From contig JBAXOY010000087.1 of assembly GCA_037133055.1 (NCBI GenBank), forward strand, positions 1 to 13,294: DNA of 13,294 nt, read 5' to 3'. Within the stretch, counting starts at the first letter, position 1; each line of letters starts with the position of its first letter. The DNA is from Chlamydiota bacterium (GTDB lineage Bacteria; Auribacterota; Tritonobacteria; UBA1439). The notes below the pieces were generated by a model, which worked only from the letters and a program-made list of their open reading frames with translations, searched no databases and was not told the origin of the DNA. Shown piece after piece: positions 7,124-13,294 of this stretch. The translations under genes and the position numbers were made by a program.

Positions 7124-8311
7124 ATGGGACGGGGAAAGGGGGAGCGGGTGCCGAAGGGTTCGAGGCGCAGCGGGATAGACCGCAGAATACAGTGCCCGGG
7201 CAGACTCCCCGCGCAGCCGATGAAGAAACTGGTCGCGCGGCACGGCTCGCCGCTCCTCGCGGTCAGCCGATCCGCCCTCCGCGCCCAGGTCGCCCGCTTC
7301 CGCCGCGCCCTCCCGCGGGTCGAGCCGTTCTACGCCATCAAGGCGAACCCGCACCCCGAAGTATTAAAAACCGTGGTCGCGGCGGGCACGGGGTTCGACG
7401 TCGCCTCAAGGGCGGAGCTCGAAGCGGTGCTCGCCGCGGGGGCGGACCCCGAGCGCGTCATCTTCGCCAACACCATAAAACCCGCCGCCTCAATCGCCGC
7501 GGCCGCCCGCAGGGGCGTCACCCTCACCACCTTCGACAGCGAGTACGAGCTCGACAAGATCGCCGCACGCGCCCCGGGGGCGCGGGTGATCGTCCGCATC
7601 AAGGTCCCGAACGTGGGCTCGATCGTCGAGCTCAGCCTCAAGTTCGGGGCGGACCCCTCGGACGCCGTGCCGCTCCTCATCAAGGCGCATCGGCTGGGAC
7701 TCAAGCCCGCGGGGGTGAGCTTCCACGTCGGGAGCCAGTGCACCCATTCCGGGAACTACGTGGACGCGCTCGAGATGGCGTCCATCATCATCCGCGACGC
7801 GAAGCTGAAGCAGCTCCCGCTCGATATTCTCGACATCGGCGGCGGCTTCCCGATCCGGCATTACGACTCCGACGAGGACACGTTCGAGAAGACGGCCGGG
7901 GTGATCCGGCGGGAGATCGACCGCCTCTTCGACCGGAACCTCCGCATCATCGCCGAGCCGGGGCGATTCATCGCGGGCCCCGCGGCCGTGCTCGTGATGC
8001 GGGTGGTCGGAAAGGCGATCCGCGAGAGCAAGCACTGGTACTACCTCGACGACGGCGTGTACGGGGCCCTCAGCGGACTCATCTTCGACCACGCGAAGTA
8101 CCAGTTCAAGGTCCTGAGGGCGGGGCGCCGGCAGCTCTCGACGCTCGCGGGCCCGACCTGCGACAGCCTGGACATCATCGCGCGGGGGGAGGACCTTCCC
8201 GAGCTCGAGATCGGAGACATCGTCTACGCCGAGAACACCGGCGCCTACAGCGTCGCGAGCGCCACGAACTTCAACGGCATTCCGCCCGCGCGGGTCGTGA
8301 TGGTGAAGTAA
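7124..8311 (+). CDS. PLP-dependent ornithine/lysine decarboxylase (fold type III, group IV)
   Basis: PFYAIKANP (PLP lysine), GFDVAS, SLKFGA, SFHVGSQ, LDIGGGFP, IAEPGRF, YYLDDGVYG, GPTCDSLD and GAYS...TNFNG. Cys-Asp rather than Cys-Glu favours ODC or L/ODC over DAP decarboxylase. The start is uncertain: 7124, 7148 (GTG) or 7220. Confidence 0.92.
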   Translation: MGRGKGERVPKGSRRSGIDRRIQCPGRLPAQPMKKLVARHGSPLLAVSRSALRAQVARFRRALPRVEPFYAIKANPHPEVLKTVVAAGTGFDVASRAELEAVLAAGADPERVIFANTIKPAASIAAAARRGVTLTTFDSEYELDKIAARAPGARVIVRIKVPNVGSIVELSLKFGADPSDAVPLLIKAHRLGLKPAGVSFHVGSQCTHSGNYVDALEMASIIIRDAKLKQLPLDILDIGGGFPIRHYDSDEDTFEKTAGVIRREIDRLFDRNLRIIAEPGRFIAGPAAVLVMRVVGKAIRESKHWYYLDDGVYGALSGLIFDHAKYQFKVLRAGRRQLSTLAGPTCDSLDIIARGEDLPELEIGDIVYAENTGAYSVASATNFNGIPPARVVMVK

Positions 8312-8341
8312 CGTCCACCGCGCCAAAGAAATATACGTTCG

Positions 8342-8359
8342 ACACAGATGAACACAGAT
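8342..8359 (+). repeat. Short tandem repeat ACACAGAT x2 (10-nt period)
   Basis: acacagat-ga-acacagat in the AT-richer spacer between the decarboxylase and speY. Confidence 0.6.
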
Positions 8360-8385
8360 AAAGAAAATGGAAAGGACCTTCTGAC

Positions 8386-9549
8386 ATGAAACGCACGCAC
8401 CGGCCGCGCGAAAACAACTCCGAGCTCCCCGACTGGATGCGGGGCAAGAAATGCCCCCACAAGTCGCGCTACCTCTCGGGCAAGAGGATCATGCCGAAGG
8501 GGATCACCGGGAAGGAGAAGCTCGAAGACCTGATGCGGGAGACGTTCCTCGCCTACAACTCCGCGCGCCTGATGGAGGGCTGTCGGCTCTACGCGCAGAA
8601 GATGCTCGAGCCCGACGTGACGGTGGGGATGAGCCTCGCGGGGGCCCTCACCCCGGCGGGGCTGGGCTGCTCCTGCGTCGTGCCGCTCATCAAGGCCGGC
8701 TTCGTGGACTGGATCGTCGCCACCGGCGCGAACCTCTACCACGACCTGCACTTCGCCTTCAACCTGCGGCTCCACGCCGGGAGCCACCTGGTCGACGACG
8801 CCGACCTTCGCAAGAACGATGTGGTCCGCATCTACGACGTCCTCCTCGGCTACACCGACTGCCTGATGGCGACCGATGAGATCCTCCGGGGCATCCTCGT
8901 GCAGCCGGAGTTCCAGCGCGAGATGGGCACGGCCGAGCTGCATTGCCTGATCGGGGCGTACGCGGCCGAGTGGGAGAGGAAGGCGGGTCTAAAAGATGTC
9001 TCCGTCCTCGCCGCCGCCTACCGCGCGGGCGTCCCCGTCTACACCTCCTCCCCCGGGGATTCCACCATCGGGATGAACGTCGCGGGGGTCGAGCTCCGCG
9101 GGAACAAGCTCCGCCTCAACCCCTCCGTCGACGTGAACGAGACGACGTCATTCGTGCTGGCCGCGAAGCGCTCCGGGGGGAAGAGCGCCGTGGTCCTCAT
9201 GGGCGGCGGGAGCCCCAAGAACTTCATGCTCCAGACCGAGCCGCAGATCCAGGAGGTGCTCCGCATCAAGGAGGTGGGACAGGACTATTTCTTCCAGGTG
9301 ACCGATGCCCGGCCGGACACCGGCGGCCTCTCGGGCGCGACGCCCCACGAGGCGGTGAGCTGGGGCAAGGTGGACCCGAGCCGTCTCCCGGACGCCGTCG
9401 TCTGCTACACGGACACGACGATCGCCCTCCCCATCCTGACGCACTATGTCCTCGCAAGCCGCCCGAAGCGGAAGCTCCGCCGGCTCTACGACAAGAGGGC
9501 CGCCCTGATGGAAGCGCTGGTGAGGGAGTATTTTGCGCACAACAAATAG
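8386..9549 (+). CDS. speY: Deoxyhypusine synthase-like protein, probable homospermidine synthase
   Basis: [53 protein letters not shown] and [24 protein letters not shown] (catalytic Lys), closely matching the cyanobacterial SpeY subfamily as I recall it. AAGGA RBS at 8372-8376; adjacent to a diamine-producing decarboxylase. Confidence 0.9.
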   Translation: MKRTHRPRENNSELPDWMRGKKCPHKSRYLSGKRIMPKGITGKEKLEDLMRETFLAYNSARLMEGCRLYAQKMLEPDVTVGMSLAGALTPAGLGCSCVVPLIKAGFVDWIVATGANLYHDLHFAFNLRLHAGSHLVDDADLRKNDVVRIYDVLLGYTDCLMATDEILRGILVQPEFQREMGTAELHCLIGAYAAEWERKAGLKDVSVLAAAYRAGVPVYTSSPGDSTIGMNVAGVELRGNKLRLNPSVDVNETTSFVLAAKRSGGKSAVVLMGGGSPKNFMLQTEPQIQEVLRIKEVGQDYFFQVTDARPDTGGLSGATPHEAVSWGKVDPSRLPDAVVCYTDTTIALPILTHYVLASRPKRKLRRLYDKRAALMEALVREYFAHNK

Positions 9550-9595
9550 AGATGTGTCCACCCCCGCCTCGGGGGGGGTAGATAAAAATATTCTG

Positions 9596-9623
9596 TTGAC
9601 ACCCTGCGGGGATGAGATATACT
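9596..9623 (+). promoter_or_regulatory. Sigma70 promoter of the cold-shock gene
   Basis: TTGACA (9596-9601), 16-nt spacer, TATACT (9618-9623), preceded by an AT-rich UP-like tract (ataaaaatatt). Confidence 0.75.
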
Positions 9624-9658
9624 ACCCCCGTACAGTGCAGGCAGGCTTAGAAGTCTTG

Positions 9659-9695
9659 AACCGCAAGGTGAAGATGTCTAAACCTTGCGGTTTTT
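9659..9695 (+). terminator. Intrinsic terminator-like hairpin within the csp 5' leader (attenuator candidate)
   Basis: Perfect 11-bp inverted repeat AACCGCAAGGT (9659-9669) / ACCTTGCGGTT (9682-9692) with a 12-nt loop; T run at 9691-9695. Confidence 0.65.
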
Positions 9696-9743
9696 CAGCA
9701 TACGGCCTTGTCGCCGGTACAGCAAAAAGGAGGCGTGAACGCC

Positions 9744-9944
9744 ATGCCGAAGGGCAAAGTAAAGTGGTTCAGCAATCAGAAGGGATACGGCTTCATCACT
9801 TCCGAGACGGGCGGTGACGTGTTCGTGCACCACACCTCGATCCAGGGCGAAGGGTACAAGAGCCTGGAAGAGGGTCAGGAAGTCGAGTTCGAGATCGAGA
9901 AAGGCCCCAAGGGAGACAAAGCCACCCGCGTAGTCCCCCTGTAA
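9744..9944 (+). CDS. cspA: Cold-shock protein, CspA family (66 aa)
   Basis: [18 protein letters not shown] (RNP1), DVFVHH (RNP2), [15 protein letters not shown] and KGPKG. AGGAGG RBS at 9728-9733 gives ATG 9744 as the start. The symbol denotes the family, not a specific orthologue. Confidence 0.96.
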   Translation: MPKGKVKWFSNQKGYGFITSETGGDVFVHHTSIQGEGYKSLEEGQEVEFEIEKGPKGDKATRVVPL

Positions 9945-9959
9945 TTCTTCCCCGTGGAT

Positions 9960-9994
9960 GGGCCCGACCGGCAACGGCGGGCCCTTCCCCTTTC
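9960..9994 (+). terminator. GC-rich hairpin after csp (GCAA tetraloop), possible terminator or stabiliser
   Basis: GGGCCCG-A-CCG-GCAA-CGG-CGGGCCC (9960-9984), followed by pyrimidine-rich TTCCCCTTTC, a weak U tract. Confidence 0.5.
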
Positions 9995-10009
9995 GAGGCG
10001 CTTTCGCAC

Positions 10010-10052
10010 GCCGGTCCCGCGGGAGTTTGACGCGCACCGGCTTCTTTTCTTT
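10010..10052 (+). terminator. Second terminator-like hairpin upstream of typA
   Basis: GCCGGT (10010-10015) / ACCGGC (10036-10041) with an inner CGCG/CGCG pairing, followed by TTCTTTTCTTT. Confidence 0.45.
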
Positions 10053-10093
10053 ATCCGTAACGCCGCGCCGACGCTCGCGCGGGGAACGCACCC

Positions 10094-12001
10094 ATGACAC
10101 CCGCAGACAAGATACGCAACCTGGCGATCATCGCCCACATCGACCACGGAAAAACCACGCTGATCGACTCCATCTTCCGCGCCGCGCACGTGTTCCGCAA
10201 GAATGCCCGGGTCGAGGAGCGGGTGATGGACAATAACGAGCTCGAGAAGGAGCGCGGCATCACCATCCGCGCCAAGCACTGCACGGTGGAGTGGAACGGG
10301 TACCTGATCAACATCGTGGACACCCCCGGCCACGCCGACTTCTCCGGCGAGGTGGAGCGCGTCCTCTCCATGGTCGACGGGGTGCTGCTCCTCGTCGACG
10401 CCATCGAGGGCCCCATGCCCCAGACGCGCTACGTGCTCATGCGGGCGCTCAGGCTCGGCCTGCGGGTCGTGGTGATCATCAACAAGGTGGACCGCCCCCA
10501 GGCGGACACGCTCCGCGCGCTCAACAAGACCTTTGACCTGTTCGTCGAGCTCGGGGCCAACGACGCGCAGGCGGACTTCCCGGTGCTCTACGGCTCGGGG
10601 CTCGAGGGCTGGTTCGTGAACGATCCGGACCTCGAGGGCCCGCGCGGCATGGACTCCCTCTTCGAGAGCATCGCCGCGCACGTGCCGCCCCCGCCGGTCG
10701 AGCGCGACACCCCGTTCCGCATGCAGGTGAGCACCCTCGCATGGAGCGACTACTTCGGGCGGATCGGGTGCGGGCGCGTCCTTCAGGGCGTCCACCGCCT
10801 GGGCCAGCCCCTCGTTCGGACGATGACGAAGTGGACGCACGACGCGTCGGCCGAGCCGGCCGCGGGACACGGCTCGCGCGAAGGATCATGGGAGGTGGTC
10901 GGCAGCGAGCAGGCGGTCTCCGCGCACCTCTGGGTGACGCGGGGGCTCGATCGCAGGGAGGTGCCGGAGGTCTGCGCCGGGGACATCGTCTGGATTGCCG
11001 GCCCCGAGGAGATCGCGATCGGCGACACCTTTTCCGCGCCGGAGTTCGAGTCGCCCGCCCTGCCGCCGCTCGAGATCGGCGAGCCGACGGTCTCCATGTT
11101 CTTCCTCGTCAACAGCGGCCTTCTCTCGGGGCGCGAGGGGTGCGCCGTGACCATGCGCCAGATCCGGGAGCGGCTCGACCGCGAGGAGCGCGTCAACGTC
11201 TCGCTCCGGGTCGAGGAGACGGGGCGCGCGGACCGGATGAAGGTGTCCGGCCGCGGCGAGCTCCACCTCGCCATCCTCATCGAGGAGATGCGGCGGGAGG
11301 GGATGGAGCTCTGCGTGACGCGCCCGGAGGTCATCACCTCGCGGGACAGGGCCGGGAACGTCCTCGAGCCGATGGAACACCTGGTCATCGACGTGCCCGA
11401 GGAGTTCCAGGGGGTCGTGCTCGAGAAGGTCTCCCGGCGGAAGGGCGAGATGACCGCCATGCACGACAACGGGCGGGGCATCATCAGGCTCGATTTCCGG
11501 ATCCCGACGCGCGGCATCATCGGCTACCGGAACGAGTTCCTGACGGACACCCGCGGCCTCGGCATTATGTCGTCGCGCTTCACCGGATACGGCCCCTGGT
11601 GCGGGGACATCGCCTCCCGCAACCGCGGCTCCATGATCAGCATGGACACCGGGCCGGCGACCTCCTACGCGCTGAAGAACCTCCAGGTCCGCGGCACGCT
11701 CTTCGTCGCCCCGATGGATCCGGTCTACGCGGGGATGGTCGTAGGCGAGTACTCCCGGCCCGAGGACATGCCCTGCAACCCGACGAAGAAGAAGCACCTC
11801 TCGAACTGCCGCTCGTCCACGAAGGAGCTGTTCGAGGGACTGAAGGTCCCCCGCAACCTCACGCTCGAGAGCGCGATCGAATGGATCGCCGTCGACGAGC
11901 TCGTCGAGGTCACCCCGAAGTCCGTCCGCGTGCGGAAGGCCATCCTCGACGCCGAGCAGCGGAAGAAGTCGGGGCGGAAGATGGTCGCAACGGGAAGCTG
12001 A
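10094..12001 (+). CDS. typA: Translational GTPase TypA/BipA
   Basis: G1 [18 protein letters not shown]2 EKERGITI, G3 [14 protein letters not shown] and G4 NKVD; also [20 protein letters not shown] and the C-terminal [15 protein letters not shown]. Confidence 0.96.
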   Translation: MTPADKIRNLAIIAHIDHGKTTLIDSIFRAAHVFRKNARVEERVMDNNELEKERGITIRAKHCTVEWNGYLINIVDTPGHADFSGEVERVLSMVDGVLLLVDAIEGPMPQTRYVLMRALRLGLRVVVIINKVDRPQADTLRALNKTFDLFVELGANDAQADFPVLYGSGLEGWFVNDPDLEGPRGMDSLFESIAAHVPPPPVERDTPFRMQVSTLAWSDYFGRIGCGRVLQGVHRLGQPLVRTMTKWTHDASAEPAAGHGSREGSWEVVGSEQAVSAHLWVTRGLDRREVPEVCAGDIVWIAGPEEIAIGDTFSAPEFESPALPPLEIGEPTVSMFFLVNSGLLSGREGCAVTMRQIRERLDREERVNVSLRVEETGRADRMKVSGRGELHLAILIEEMRREGMELCVTRPEVITSRDRAGNVLEPMEHLVIDVPEEFQGVVLEKVSRRKGEMTAMHDNGRGIIRLDFRIPTRGIIGYRNEFLTDTRGLGIMSSRFTGYGPWCGDIASRNRGSMISMDTGPATSYALKNLQVRGTLFVAPMDPVYAGMVVGEYSRPEDMPCNPTKKKHLSNCRSSTKELFEGLKVPRNLTLESAIEWIAVDELVEVTPKSVRVRKAILDAEQRKKSGRKMVATGS

Positions 12002-12036
12002 GCGGGGGTTGCGCCGCCGGTGGAACCGGGGTCATT

Positions 12037-13293
12037 TCATGCGCTCCGCGCGAGCGAGCCGGACGCGAGGAGCGCGATCGCGTACGCCCCCGCCGCCATC
12101 AGGTACACCGCGCTGAACCCGAGCGACATCGCGAGGAGCACGCTCAGCACGCTCCCGATCACGGTTGCGTAGGAGTTCATCGCCCACCCCCAGGGTATCA
12201 GCCGCTGCCGGTGCCGCCCCATGATCCTCACCCCGGTCGGGAACGGCATCCCCAGAAAGAAGCCGTGGAGGCCCGTGACTGCGACGGCGAGCGACACACG
12301 GCCGAGCGTGGAGAGCGACAGCCCCCGGGTGACGATCAGGGGGAGGAGCCACACCGCCGCGACGATGAAAACGATGTTCACCGCCAGGACGGCCCTCAGG
12401 CCCCCGGGGGTCGCCGCCCCCAGCTTTCTGCTGCAGAGCGAGCCGAGCCCCGCGGAGACGAGGAGAGAGGAGAGCACCACGGCGAGCGAGAGGGACGGGT
12501 GGCCGAGGAGCAGGGTGAGGCGCTGCATGAGGCAGATCTCGACGAAGATGAAGCCGAGCCCGAGGCAGGCGAAGTAGGCAATGGGGAGCAGCGCCGCGCG
12601 CGTCAGCTCGCGCTTCCGGGAGCACCAGAGCGGGAGGATAAGGAAGGCGAAGCTCAGGATCGCGGCCTCGGCGAGGATGCTGAGCAGCACGAAATCCCCG
12701 TGCGGGATGACCTTGAAAAATTTCATGTTGTTATACCATGAGATGGTTTTCGGAAGGTTCGGATCCTTCGTGCGCCCCCAGGAGACGTAGTGGTTGATGA
12801 ACGGCCAGTCGTCCGTCGAGGGGGCGAGGACGGCCACGTCCCTGTGGTACCATTCCCGCGGGTTATCGGAGCGGAGGAACCCCTCGTACCACGACCCCTT
12901 GTGGACGACGCGGTCGGGCACGAAGCGGGGCGCGAGCTTGAGGGGCTTTGCGAGGGCGAGGATCCGGTCGAGCTCCTGCGTGGTCCACGGCGACTTCTTC
13001 ACGTACGTGTCGTCGTTGAGGATCACGATGTGCCGCCACGGCTCCTTTACGCCGTCCCGGCGGAGGGCCTCCATGGCGACGGAGGCGACCCGGATGTCCC
13101 CGTGGCGCCGCAGGTTCACGATCCCCTCCGGGGAGAGGCGCTTCAGGTACAGGCGGAACGCCTCCACGGTGACGAGGTAGGTCTCCGAGACGTTCAGCGC
13201 GCCCGAGGCCATCGCCACGGGGGTGAAGTTGTTCACCTGCTGGATGATGTCGAATGTTTCCGGGCACCGCTCGAGGTAGCTTCGCCCCTCGGC
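12037..13293 (-). CDS. Spermidine-synthase-like (class I SAM-binding) integral membrane protein, C-terminal part; 5' end outside the window
   Basis: The frame stays open to the window edge: AEGRSYLERCPETFDIIQQVNNF...SETYLVTVEAFRLYLKRLSPEG. Then PSTDDWPF and about 7 hydrophobic helices with YFACLGLGFIFVEI, GFFLGMPFPTG and WGWAMNSYATVIGS, typical of membrane-fused spermidine-synthase-like proteins. Confidence 0.82.
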   Translation of the reverse strand, partial: AEGRSYLERCPETFDIIQQVNNFTPVAMASGALNVSETYLVTVEAFRLYLKRLSPEGIVNLRRHGDIRVASVAMEALRRDGVKEPWRHIVILNDDTYVKKSPWTTQELDRILALAKPLKLAPRFVPDRVVHKGSWYEGFLRSDNPREWYHRDVAVLAPSTDDWPFINHYVSWGRTKDPNLPKTISWYNNMKFFKVIPHGDFVLLSILAEAAILSFAFLILPLWCSRKRELTRAALLPIAYFACLGLGFIFVEICLMQRLTLLLGHPSLSLAVVLSSLLVSAGLGSLCSRKLGAATPGGLRAVLAVNIVFIVAAVWLLPLIVTRGLSLSTLGRVSLAVAVTGLHGFFLGMPFPTGVRIMGRHRQRLIPWGWAMNSYATVIGSVLSVLLAMSLGFSAVYLMAAGAYAIALLASGSLARSA

Positions 13294-13294
13294 G

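Noticed and set aside
7120..8361. 413-aa Arg/Gly/Pro-rich ORF
   Set aside because: Alternative-frame shadow of the decarboxylase in high-GC DNA.
9555..9584. C-rich/G-rich hairpin after speY as an intrinsic terminator
   Set aside because: The stem is imperfect and followed by an A tract rather than a U tract; it may be a stabilising hairpin but cannot be called.
10027..10057. TTGACG as a typA -35 box
   Set aside because: No acceptable -10 hexamer at 16-18 nt spacing.
9875..10870. 331-aa minus-strand ORF and the other antisense ORFs over typA, speY and the decarboxylase
   Set aside because: Antisense shadows caused by high GC3; no recognisable motifs.
10741..12741. 666-aa + strand ORF spanning typA and the convergent gene
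   Set aside because: Arg/Gly-rich shadow frame overlapping two well-supported genes.
1..13294. CRISPR array, tRNA/rRNA, integrase, transposase or integron attC array
   Set aside because: None seen by eye; the only long repeat is the two-copy RM 3' end.

Overview
The window has two parts. About 1-6911 is a lower-GC, + strand defence island. It holds the 3' half of a Type IIG/Eco57I-like restriction-modification (N6-adenine MTase plus TRD) gene, a membrane-anchored KAP-family P-loop NTPase, an ABC/AAA_21-type ATPase coupled to a small Toprim/DUF4276-like partner (resembling MAD3/MAD4 of the MADS system), a short DprA/Smf-like (SLOG) protein and a hypothetical protein. The KAP gene is bracketed by two copies of the last ~70 bp of the RM gene (DFIINYDIKYRMG; 39/41 nt identical in the core). 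The downstream copy is a decayed remnant that still supplies the ATPase ribosome-binding site, so the KAP gene looks like a cassette inserted via the conserved 3' end of the RM gene. About 7100-13294 is high-GC core genome. It holds a fold-III ornithine/lysine decarboxylase, a deoxyhypusine-synthase-like homospermidine synthase (speY), a cold-shock protein whose leader can form mutually exclusive terminator/antiterminator hairpins, typA/bipA, and a convergent, truncated spermidine-synthase-like membrane protein. I saw no tRNA, rRNA, CRISPR array, integrase or transposase. All calls come from reading motifs by eye; no searches were run.
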